From the NCBI GenBank assembly GCA_031422315.1, contig JANOQN010000065.1, forward strand, positions 14-64,013: DNA of 64,000 bases. The letters run 5' to 3'. A program made the position numbers and the translations under genes. Source of the stretch: Rhodanobacteraceae bacterium (GTDB lineage Bacteria > Pseudomonadota > Gammaproteobacteria > Xanthomonadales > SZUA-5). Positions 19,101 to 27,322 of the stretch are shown piece after piece. Within the stretch, counting starts at the first letter, position 1. The number at the start of each line of letters is the position of its first letter. Under the pieces are notes generated by a model. The model did no database searches and was not told the origin of the DNA. It saw only the letters and a list, made by a program, of their open reading frames with translations.

Positions 19101-21109
19101 ACCATAAAAAAATGGGCATCACCGCCAAAGGCGGCTGGGAAAGCGTTAAACGGCACTTTCGTGAACTCGGCAAAGACTGCCAAACCGAGGCGTTTAGCTG
19201 CGTCGGCATCGGCGATATGTCGGGCGATGTATTCGGCAACGGCATGCTTTTATCGCGCAAAATCAAATTGTTAGCGGCTTTTGATCATCGGCATTTCTTT
19301 ATTGATCCAAGCCCTGATTGTGAAATCAGCTTTGTAGAGCGCGAACGCATGTTCAATCTGCCGCGCTCCAGCTGGGCGGATTACGATAAATCGCTGATTA
19401 GTGCAGGCGGCGGCATTTTTCCGCGTTCGGCGAAAACAATTCCGCTATCGACCGAACTCAAAGCCGTGCTCGGAATTGACGAAGACATCAGCGAATTTTC
19501 CCCTAATCAGCTGATGCAAGCGATATTAAAAGCGCCGGTTGAGCTGTTGTGGAATGGCGGCATTGGCACCTACGTCAAATCCGAGAAAGAAAGCCACGCC
19601 GACGTCGGTGATCGCGCCAATAACGCGATTCGCGTCAACGGACGCGAGCTGCGCTGCAAAGTGGTCGGTGAAGGCGGCAATTTGGGCTTCACCCAGCTTG
19701 GCCGAGTTGAGTTTGCGCTCGCAGGCGGCTTACTCAACACCGATTTTATTGACAACTCGGCCGGCGTTGACACCTCTGATCATGAAGTCAACATCAAAAT
19801 TCTATTGAACGAAGCGCAAAGTGCGGGCGAGCTCGATAGCAAAGCGCGCGACGAGCTTTTGGTTTCCATGACCGATGAAGTCGGTGAAATGGTGATCTAC
19901 GATAACTATCGGCAAAATTTAGCGGTTTCCTTGATGCAGGCTTTTGGTGCCAGCCGCTTGGGCGCCAAGCAACACTTTATCCGCACTTTAGAAAGCCAGG
20001 GTTTGTTAGATCGCACAATCGAGTTTTTGCCCTCTGAAGAAGAATTTGCTGAGCGAAAAGCCCGCCGCATTGGCTTAACGCGGCCAGAGCTATCTACGCT
20101 GCTTTCGTATGCCAAGCTGGTGTTGTACCAACAGCTGCTCGATTCGGATGTGCCGGAAGATCCGTACCTGAAAGGCGAGTTAGCGCTGTATTTCCCAAGC
20201 GTGCTGCGCGAAAAATATGCCAGCGCGATGGAGCGGCACCGCCTAAAGCGCGAAATTATTGCCACGCAAGTCACCAATTCAGTCGTCAATCGTATGGGCA
20301 GTACGTTTGTGATGCGCATGCAAGAAGATACCGGCGCCACACCCGCAAAAGTCGCAAAGGCCTTTACGATTGCCAGAGACGTTACCCAGGCGCGCATTTG
20401 GTGGGCGGATTTGGACGATCTCAACAGCCAAGTGCCCGGCAAAAGCCAACTCGATGCGCACGTCAAGATTTGGAATTTGCTGCGTAACTTGACGCGCTGG
20501 CTGCTTAATCTTCCGGGCGGACTGACCGATATTGCCGCGCTAGTCAGCAAATATAGCGAAGGCACCAGCGCGCTACTCGCCTGTTTGGAGCGTGTACTAC
20601 CCAACACCCAGCTTAAACGCATCGCTGAGGAAGCTAAGGATTATCAAGAGCAAGGCTTTAGCGCACCGCTTTCGCAAACCATTGCTCGGCTCAACCCAAT
20701 GGCGGCCGCGTTTGATGTCATTGAAGTGGCGAGCCGGCATGGCTGCGCTATCGAGCGTGCTGCGAAAGTCTATTTTGATCTGGGCGATGCGCTGCATTTG
20801 AAATGGCTGCAAGATCAAATCGAAAAACTCCCGGTCGAAGGCCGCTGGCATGCAAACGCGCGCGGCGTGATGCGCGATGAACTTTTCGCGCAGCACCGCG
20901 CATTAGCCTCACAGCTATTAGCCAGCGCCGAAAAACTGAGCGATGCCACCGTCGTACCGAACTGGCTCAGCAGCGCACAAAGCGATTTAACTTACACGCT
21001 GAATATGTTCAATGAAATGCGAGCCAGCGCACAGATGGATTACGCCACCATGAGCGTTGCTATACGCCGCTTAGCGCAGTTGGTGAGTGCGGGGAATTCG
21101 AGCGCATAG
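16166..21109 (+). CDS. gdhB: NAD-specific glutamate dehydrogenase, large (about 180 kDa) Bac_GDH type
   Basis: An uninterrupted ORF of about 1650 aa with the catalytic-core pattern ..[61 protein letters not shown].. The start is set at ATG 16166, preceded by AAGGA. Confidence 0.95.
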   Translation: [1647 protein letters not shown]

Positions 21110-21285
21110 CAATGTGTTGACCGCTGGCACGGTTGGAAAATCATGCCAGCGGCTGAAGCACAAATGTCACGTTTGGTTTTTCGGTGTGACTATGCCTGCG
21201 GTTCGCTGTTACGTTCTCCCTGATTTCAATGAGTGCATTGCGGCGAAAGCGAAGATCCAAAATAAGTCAAGCGGTCGAGGCATTT

Positions 21286-21313
21286 AGGTTCCCGACTTCG
21301 CGTGAATAATGAG
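21286..21313. repeat. Degenerate REP-like element (same family as 9787-9817)
   Basis: AGGTTCCCGACTTCGCGTGAATAATGAG compared with GGGTTCCCGACTTCGCGGGAATGACGAG. Confidence 0.5.
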
Positions 21314-21383
21314 ATAGCGCAGCGGTTTAATCGTTGAAATGATAAAAAAACTATATTTCTGAGAATTATTTGATGTTGAGCCT

Positions 21384-23186
21384 ATGTTGAACTCCGCGCG
21401 CTGGCGCACGCTGATTGCAGAAGTACGATTGGTTGGCGGCAGCAGCCTTAAAACGATACCGCTGATCTTCTTTTTTATGTTGATCAGCGTATTTTTAGAA
21501 TTATCGGGCGTGATTTTAATCGCGCCATTTGTTGGCTTGTTGATGGGCAACTCGCTGTCGATGCTGCCAGCGCCGATATTATCGTTTTTGGGATCAGATC
21601 CACTAAAAACGGTCGGCATACTCATTGTAGTGGTGTATTTAACCAAAGCCATCGCTACCTTGATTTTACAAGGCACTATTACTCGGATGTCTGAAACCAT
21701 TCGCGGCAATGTGATGACCCGGCTACTCGATGCTTACCAACACCGGCCATACCGCATACATCTTGAACAGCCAAGTAGTGATTTGATCAATCGTTTGCTT
21801 TGGTATTCAAACGCTTTTGCGACCGGGTTTGTCGGCGCTACGCTACGGTTTTTAAGCGATGCTTTGGTGTTCTTAGTCATCAGCGTGACAATTGCGCTGG
21901 CAAACCCAAAAGCCATGCTGTTGCTTGGAACTGTTTTAGTTTTGGTGTTTACGTTCGTGCAGTTTTATATTAAAGATAGGCTCGCCCGCGCCTCCGCGAT
22001 ACAAGCTCGTATGACCAGTGAAGTCATGCATTCGAGCACACAAGCGCTAGCTGGCCTGCGCGAGGTGCGTATTTTAGGCTGCGAATCCTATTTTCTAGCG
22101 CGCCTAACGGCAGCTTGTCGGGGACTAGTCGAGGGCAGCCGTCAACAAACCGTGCTGACCATGATTCCGCGTCAGTCAATTGAATTTACAATGGTCACCT
22201 TTATTGTCGTGTTGGTATTTCTAAGCCGCTATTTAAACGCTGATGATCCTAATTTGTTGCCGTTTTTAGGGCTCATGGGCGCTGCTGCGATTCGGCTAAT
22301 GCCAGCAAGCACGTCTTTACTGACCAGCTTTAATCAAGTTCGTAGCAATCGATTTGCAGTTGGGGCGCTAGCGCGGGATTTATCACAGCGAGGCGAAAGT
22401 ACTACCGGCGTACCTCAGCTCAATCAATTGTTGCCGGCCACTAAAAGTCAGTTAAAAGTAAAGCGAGTGCCGTTCGCAAACCTCTCTGTGCGCGGCATTT
22501 CATTTGCCTACAGCAGCAAAGCACCCAACGTAATTGATAACCTGAGCTTCGATATCAAAGCCGGTGAAACGGTTGGATTAGTCGGCAATTCCGGCGCCGG
22601 GAAAAGCACATTGGCGGATTTGCTGCTCGGTTTTTTAGAGCCTACGCACGGGGAAATCTACATCAACGGCAGCAGCCTAAAAGCAGGCGGTGTCACGGCG
22701 ATGGCGCATTGGCAATCGATGGTCGCCTATATTCCGCAGCAATCTTATTTAACCGACGACACCTTGCGCCGCAATGTGGCGCTCGGTGTGCACGATGAAG
22801 AAATTGACGATGCGGCGGTGATAAAAGCCTTAGAAGATGCGCAGCTCGGCGCCGTACTGCGGCAACTTCCCAATGGCTTGGATACCGAGCTGGGTGAGCG
22901 CGGCGTGCGGTTTTCCGGCGGGCAGCGCCAGCGCGTGTCGATTGCTAGAGCGCTATATCACGACCGGGAATTCTTGGTGCTAGATGAAGCCACCAGCGCA
23001 CTGGATGTAGAGACTGAGCGTGAAATCGTCGAAACCATACGCGCGCTTTCTGGCCGAAAAACAATCTTGCTGATTGCGCATCGTGAAACCACCCTCGCCG
23101 TCTGTAGCCGATTGCTAAGGCTAGGGGCGCAGCAAAAAACGCCGATGGAAATACCGGTAGTTGATGCCAAAGCGGCACCGCAGTAG
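21384..23186 (+). CDS. ABC transporter, fused permease/ATP-binding exporter (MsbA-like type 1)
   Basis: The N-terminal half has six hydrophobic segments. The C-terminal half has Walker A GNSGAGKST, signature FSGGQRQR and Walker B LVLDEATSALD. Confidence 0.92.
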   Translation: MLNSARWRTLIAEVRLVGGSSLKTIPLIFFFMLISVFLELSGVILIAPFVGLLMGNSLSMLPAPILSFLGSDPLKTVGILIVVVYLTKAIATLILQGTITRMSETIRGNVMTRLLDAYQHRPYRIHLEQPSSDLINRLLWYSNAFATGFVGATLRFLSDALVFLVISVTIALANPKAMLLLGTVLVLVFTFVQFYIKDRLARASAIQARMTSEVMHSSTQALAGLREVRILGCESYFLARLTAACRGLVEGSRQQTVLTMIPRQSIEFTMVTFIVVLVFLSRYLNADDPNLLPFLGLMGAAAIRLMPASTSLLTSFNQVRSNRFAVGALARDLSQRGESTTGVPQLNQLLPATKSQLKVKRVPFANLSVRGISFAYSSKAPNVIDNLSFDIKAGETVGLVGNSGAGKSTLADLLLGFLEPTHGEIYINGSSLKAGGVTAMAHWQSMVAYIPQQSYLTDDTLRRNVALGVHDEEIDDAAVIKALEDAQLGAVLRQLPNGLDTELGERGVRFSGGQRQRVSIARALYHDREFLVLDEATSALDVETEREIVETIRALSGRKTILLIAHRETTLAVCSRLLRLGAQQKTPMEIPVVDAKAAPQ

Positions 23187-23201
23187 CCATTAAATCTCGC
23201 A

Positions 23202-23786
23202 ATGCCTGAACGCGTAGAACTTTCAGAACTACCGAGCACGCTGAAATCTGAGCGGTTAAGACTTCGGGCATTTCATCCTCGCGATGCCGCGCAGCTGGCT
23301 AAACTCGCCGGGGTTTATTCGGTCGCCAGATACACACTCGGCATTCCGCTGCCATATTCAACGGCGGCAGCGAAAGCCTGGATTGACGCCTTGCCAGCTC
23401 GGCGCGCGCAAGGCATCGAGCAAATCTATGCGATCAGTATGGCGGATTCGACTGTGCTAGGCGCGATTAGCCTAGCGATCGAGGCCGAACATCGCCGCAT
23501 TGAAATCGGCTACTGGATAGGCGAGCCCTCGCGCGGCAATGGCTTTGCTAGGGAAGCGCTACGCGCGCTGCTGCCGGAGATTTTTAACGCCGGATATTCG
23601 CGGGTTTATGCGCTGACTTTCCTTGAAAATCTTGCGTCAATGCGGCTTTTGCGTGAGCTTGGATTTACCCGTGAAGGTACGCTGCGCCAGCATATCGTTA
23701 AATGGGATGAGCCAATGGACGTCATCTGTTTCGGCATGAGCGCAGCGCGCGCTAAGCGCTGCGGACTCATAGAGAAAGGCTTATAA
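23202..23786 (+). CDS. GNAT family N-acetyltransferase (RimJ/RimL-like)
   Basis: ..LRLRAFHPRDAAQLAKL.. and ..IGYWIGEPSRGNGFAREALRALL.. are typical of Acetyltransf_3 members. 194 aa. Confidence 0.85.
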   Translation: MPERVELSELPSTLKSERLRLRAFHPRDAAQLAKLAGVYSVARYTLGIPLPYSTAAAKAWIDALPARRAQGIEQIYAISMADSTVLGAISLAIEAEHRRIEIGYWIGEPSRGNGFAREALRALLPEIFNAGYSRVYALTFLENLASMRLLRELGFTREGTLRQHIVKWDEPMDVICFGMSAARAKRCGLIEKGL

Positions 23787-24761
23787 ACCCAAAAGCGCGC
23801 GCTCGGCGGCTTTGAAAACGTCAGGTGATAGTTTGACGTTTATGGTCGCAAGATTTTGTTCTAACTGTTCGAGTTTGGACGCGCCTAAAATCACTGTGCT
23901 CACGTTCGGATTGCGCAAACACCACGCCACGCCGAGCTGTGCTAGCGGCACCCCAGCCTCTTTGGCAACGGCAGCAAGCCGCTGAATTTGTTGGAATTTT
24001 TGCATTTTTGTTTCGCCCATGGCAAAGCCTTGTAGCCATTCTAGGCCCGGCAAACCAAAGCGATAGTTTTCGTCAAATTTCTCAAAGCTTGAGTATTTGC
24101 CAGATAGCAGTCCAGAAGCCAAAGGCGACCAAATTGTGGTGCCCAATCCCTGCGTACTTTGATAGAGCGGCAGATACTCGTTTTCGACGCGTTCTCTAGC
24201 CAGCAAGTTGTATTGTGGCTGCTCCATCATGGGCCCGATTAGGTGATTTTTTACGGCAAATTCTTGCGCCGCCAAAATATCTTTCGCCGCCCATTCTGAT
24301 GTGCCCCAGTAAAGCACTTTGCCCTGCATGATCAGCTGATGCATGCTCCAGGCGATCTCTTCAATGCCTACTTCAGGATCAGGCCGGTGGCAAAAATACA
24401 GGTCAAGATAATCAACCCGCAAGCGCACTAATGCTTGATGACAGGCTTCAATAATATGTTTACGGCTCAAGCCTTTTTGCGTCGGCTTGGCTTTTTCCGC
24501 GCTGCCAAAAAACACCTTGGATGAGACGCACCAAGAATCACGGCTATAGCCTAGCTGCTGCAATGCCTCGCCCATGAGATTCTCAGCTTCACCATTCGCA
24601 TAGCCTTCGGCATTGTCAAAAAAATTGACACCAGCGCCGTAAGCCACACTCAATAGCTCTTTAACCTGTACCAGCCCAAGCTGGCGCCCAAAAGTAATCC
24701 ATGCGCCAAACGATAGTGCAGAGAGTTTTAGCCCAGTTTTGCCGAGTCGACGATATTCCAT
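23781..24761 (-). CDS. Aldo/keto reductase (Kv-beta-like subgroup)
   Basis: MEYRRLGKTGLKLSALSFGAW..NFFDNAEGYANGEAE..LDLYFCHRPD.. The start is moved to ATG 24761 (Met75 of the track ORF). The upstream extension has no support. Confidence 0.9.
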   Translation of the reverse strand: MEYRRLGKTGLKLSALSFGAWITFGRQLGLVQVKELLSVAYGAGVNFFDNAEGYANGEAENLMGEALQQLGYSRDSWCVSSKVFFGSAEKAKPTQKGLSRKHIIEACHQALVRLRVDYLDLYFCHRPDPEVGIEEIAWSMHQLIMQGKVLYWGTSEWAAKDILAAQEFAVKNHLIGPMMEQPQYNLLARERVENEYLPLYQSTQGLGTTIWSPLASGLLSGKYSSFEKFDENYRFGLPGLEWLQGFAMGETKMQKFQQIQRLAAVAKEAGVPLAQLGVAWCLRNPNVSTVILGASKLEQLEQNLATINVKLSPDVFKAAERALLGL

Positions 24762-24963
24762 TTGAAGCTCCTTAAATTGGGGAGAAAAAGTACTGATGTT
24801 AAACACGATAATTTCTTCAAGTCGTCCAAAGTATCTACCGTATCGCGTGTGTTTTACACCCCTTGATTGGGCCGGAGTTTTAGCTTGCTTTCCGTGCGCC
24901 AGTGTACTTGTCGAATTTTCAACGCGCTTTCCGCGCCAGCAATTAGCGCTAGTAATAAATAGC

Positions 24964-25302
24964 TCAAACCGCAGTATCCGCATTCGAAAAGCGCCAAATC
25001 AGGTAAATCGTGGCAGTGACTGCCACCCAAAATAGCAGCCCAATAAGCGTTGCCGCATCATCCGATACGACGTTTGCTTTGCGCGCAAACGAATATTTTC
25101 GGCTTTTTCCATAGCGCTTACGGCCTTGCACCACAAACGGCTCAACTTGATAGCGTCCCAACGTAACAATTGGCACCACCACATATCCTGTCAGATAGCC
25201 CGCCACGTACAAAATGAGTTCAAGGATTGGCCACAAAATCAGCTCAGCGAGTGCGCTCCCGGGCACTAATTTAGGATCCGTGTTGGACTGCTCAATACCC
25301 AT
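24964..25302 (-). CDS. Small hypothetical membrane protein (candidate cassette gene)
   Basis: 112-aa ORF with two or three hydrophobic helices. No family was recognised. Confidence 0.55.
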   Translation of the reverse strand: MGIEQSNTDPKLVPGSALAELILWPILELILYVAGYLTGYVVVPIVTLGRYQVEPFVVQGRKRYGKSRKYSFARKANVVSDDAATLIGLLFWVAVTATIYLIWRFSNADTAV

Positions 25303-25430
25303 CTTTTTCTAGGCTGCGCACACTGAGCGCTGCCAGAAATACAGATCAAAACCCTGCTCCTTATAACTGGCATGGCGATTTGCATGATCGCTTTTAATCA
25401 GGGCAGGGCTTATTCGTGAGCTATCCTTAT

Positions 25431-26153
25431 TCAGGCATCAGCGACCAACCGCTGCATGCCCCTGGGCCCTGGTTCTAGCCTTGCACGCAGACCCGCCGAC
25501 TCGAATGCCTCACACGCCACCTCAGGCCGTAACTTTAGCTTGGGGTAGCTGCTCACCTTGGTGGCCCACTTCCCTTCTAGCCGCTCAAGCAAGATGTCGT
25601 GAACCTGGATATGGTTCGGGTGTTCCTCCAAGAAGCACGTGAGGATGCGATCATCGTCGGCCCGCACCGGAATGAAACGGCTGTCCCCGCTCGGCGGCTT
25701 AGTATAGTCTCGAAAGGTAGCAACGAATCGCCCGCCGGGCTCCAAACTCTCGGCGACGCTCTGGGCCAGCAAGCATACCGATTCGACGCTCTCAAGGTGT
25801 GTGAGCGTGTCTCCCATACAAACGATGAGTCGCGGCTTGAACTCGCAAGGTAAAAGCGCAGGAAAAGACAATAGATCCGCGCACTTGACGTCAATGGGAA
25901 GCGATTCGGCGAGCCTGGAGAGTTCAGCCAGAAGAAGCTCTGATGAGTCGATGGCGAGGACTTGATATCCAGCTCGAGCAAGAGGGATGCTGTGCATCCC
26001 AAAGCCCGCACCCAGATCTACGGCTAGACCAAGCCCAGGCACGAGGCCAAGCAGGTCAGACTCGCCAACATTGATGGCTGCGGAGACACCGCCTGCCATC
26101 CAAATATAGATAGGAGCCAAGTGACTTGAGTAGTGCTCGTGGACAGTGGTCAT
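25431..26153 (-). CDS. Class I SAM-dependent methyltransferase (candidate cassette gene)
   Basis: Motif I VDLGAGFGMHSIPLARAG, post-I LAIDSS, and ..LEPGGRFV.. 240 aa. Confidence 0.85.
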   Translation of the reverse strand: MTTVHEHYSSHLAPIYIWMAGGVSAAINVGESDLLGLVPGLGLAVDLGAGFGMHSIPLARAGYQVLAIDSSELLLAELSRLAESLPIDVKCADLLSFPALLPCEFKPRLIVCMGDTLTHLESVESVCLLAQSVAESLEPGGRFVATFRDYTKPPSGDSRFIPVRADDDRILTCFLEEHPNHIQVHDILLERLEGKWATKVSSYPKLKLRPEVACEAFESAGLRARLEPGPRGMQRLVADA

Positions 26154-26165
26154 GCGGTTTCTGAT

Positions 26166-26262
26166 GCCTAACGTTTAATTCAGCCGACAGGCGGCCCGAG
26201 CGTTGATGATAGCTCGATATCGCAAAAGATCGCAGAGTTGGCCTTCGACTTTCAGTTATGCC
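26166..26262 (-). other. attC-like recombination site (best example in the window)
   Basis: On the minus strand, just 3' of ORF 26280-26783, the sequence reads GCATAAC-TGAAAGTCGAAGGCC-[loop]-GGCCGCCTGTCGGCTGAATTAAAC-GTTAGGC. The outer boxes fit RYYYAAC...GTTRRRY, and GTTAGGC is a consensus core site. The inner arms pair imperfectly with bulged bases. Length is 97 nt. Confidence 0.55.
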
Positions 26263-26279
26263 ACAAATGCCCTTGGTAC

Positions 26280-26783
26280 CTAGCGCGCTTTGTCGTGCTC
26301 AAGCTGATTCAGCAGTTCCGCAATATGCGATTTTAACGTATCCCGCGTCGCTGCATAGTTGATGGAAGCGGGCGGAACATCTGCCCATTGATAGGATTTC
26401 ACTGAAGCACTAGAGACAGTCGAGGGCAAAGCAACACCAATGAGAACTGCGTGGCTTGAAGACCTGTAGTCTGCGGATGTTATTGCAGTGGGATGAAAGC
26501 GAGAGACATCAAATCCTTCGGCGCTTAACCCGGCAAAAATTGCTGGTGGGGCAGTATCAGAATCTATCGCGGTTCCGCGCGAGATCGCCCAGTATGGGAG
26601 GTTACGATTCGACGCGATTTCATTGAAATACGTAGCAGCCATTAAGCTCTTCACGTTTCCATGCTGACAGAGAAAAACAATCTGCGACTGCCCAGAATCA
26701 GTGCGCGTAGGCGCTGCAGAGCAAGCCGTAAGTATAAAAGTAATTGCAAACGTGAGCGCCACAAATAGCCTTTGAAAACGCAT
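26280..26783 (-). CDS. Putative lipoprotein, low-molecular-weight phosphatase/arsenate-reductase-like fold (candidate cassette gene)
   Basis: Lipobox-like ..FILTAC.. The stretch IVFLCQHGNVKSLMAATYF resembles the CX5R(S/T) P-loop of LMW-PTPs, but with K in the Arg position. 167 aa. Confidence 0.55.
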   Translation of the reverse strand: MRFQRLFVALTFAITFILTACSAAPTRTDSGQSQIVFLCQHGNVKSLMAATYFNEIASNRNLPYWAISRGTAIDSDTAPPAIFAGLSAEGFDVSRFHPTAITSADYRSSSHAVLIGVALPSTVSSASVKSYQWADVPPASINYAATRDTLKSHIAELLNQLEHDKAR

Positions 26784-26807
26784 TGCCTTATCTCCTAGAG
26801 GTTGTAG

Positions 26808-26866
26808 AACAAGTTAACAAGCCGCAGTTCGCCGAATGCCAAATTGCCGACTTGATTAACTAATCA
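26808..26866 (-). other. Short attC-like imperfect palindrome
   Basis: On the minus strand between two ORFs: TTAATCAAGTCGGC-[loop]-GCGGCTTGTTAAC. The arms pair, leaving unpaired bases (TTAA-T-CAAG-T-C..). The site ends in GTTAAC(T). It is shorter and less canonical than 26166-26262. Confidence 0.4.
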
Positions 26867-26873
26867 CCAACGA

Positions 26874-27266
26874 TCACCCATAAATCATATGAGTCCAATA
26901 GGCCAACCGCGCACTCACAAATAACAGGCTGATGCTTAAAACTGCGGGTATTGCGTACCGACGAGGCTCAACACGCGCCTTGTAGCCCAAAACACAGCAG
27001 TAAAGTGCTGAAAAAGCGGATATACCCGCTAACGCATTTAGCAACCTTAATAATGATAATTCAGTAATCGGTATCAAAGGTGATTCGCGAAATTCCGGCG
27101 GTCCAGGCTCCAATGCAAACAACGCGAAGAAGTCGAAAACAAACTGCATGTTGGTTTCAGTTAGGTATAGACCGTTGCTAAAAGCCAAATTTGCGCGATA
27201 CCAAAAAAGGAATGAAACCACGAGAAATAAGTAGCTTAGAAAACCCAATCTCGCTTGTTTTTGCAT
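26874..27266 (-). CDS. Hypothetical membrane protein (candidate cassette gene)
   Basis: 130-aa ORF with four hydrophobic segments. It looks AT-richer than its surroundings by eye. Confidence 0.6.
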   Translation of the reverse strand: MQKQARLGFLSYLFLVVSFLFWYRANLAFSNGLYLTETNMQFVFDFFALFALEPGPPEFRESPLIPITELSLLRLLNALAGISAFSALYCCVLGYKARVEPRRYAIPAVLSISLLFVSARLAYWTHMIYG

Positions 27267-27271
27267 GACTG

Positions 27272-27314
27272 TCCTAACGATCTGCTAAGCCGACGCCACG
27301 CGATAGCGTTCGGT
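27272..27314 (-). other. Degenerate or half attC-like site
   Basis: The minus strand reads ..CGTGGCGTCGGCTTAGCAGATC-GTTAGGA. This matches the L'-R' half of the sites at 48808-48898 (GCGTCGGCTTAGCGCGAAC-GTTGGGG) and 26166-26262. The 5' half is poorly defined. Confidence 0.3.
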
Positions 27315-27322
27315 GAAACCAA

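Noticed and set aside
16522-20896. Numerous 60-240-aa ORFs on the opposite strand or in other frames inside the glutamate dehydrogenase gene, for example 17065-17619 and 19906-20622.
   Set aside because: They lie entirely within a 1650-aa ORF with a strong family signature. Their translations are Arg/Ser/Ala-rich, as expected for off-frame reading of GC-rich coding DNA. The same reasoning applies to shadow ORFs within topA, recJ, iorB, the kinase and the large secreted-protein genes.
21121-21152. Hairpin CCGCTGGCA-N14-TGCCAGCGG just after gdhB, considered as a terminator.
   Set aside because: The loop is large and no T-tract follows. It may still be a stabilising or REP-type structure, but it cannot be called a rho-independent terminator.
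23781-24983. The 400-aa version of the aldo/keto reductase ORF.
   Set aside because: The first 74 residues (MRILRFELFITSANCWRG..) have no homology-like character. The canonical AKR N-terminus MEYRRLGKTG starts at ATG 24761.
25303-25430. Spacer between the methyltransferase gene and the 112-aa ORF, considered as a further attC site.
   Set aside because: It contains a short CCCTGCCCT/AGGAGCAGGG pairing, but no RYYYAAC / GTTRRRY boxes in the right positions. It is not counted as attC-like.
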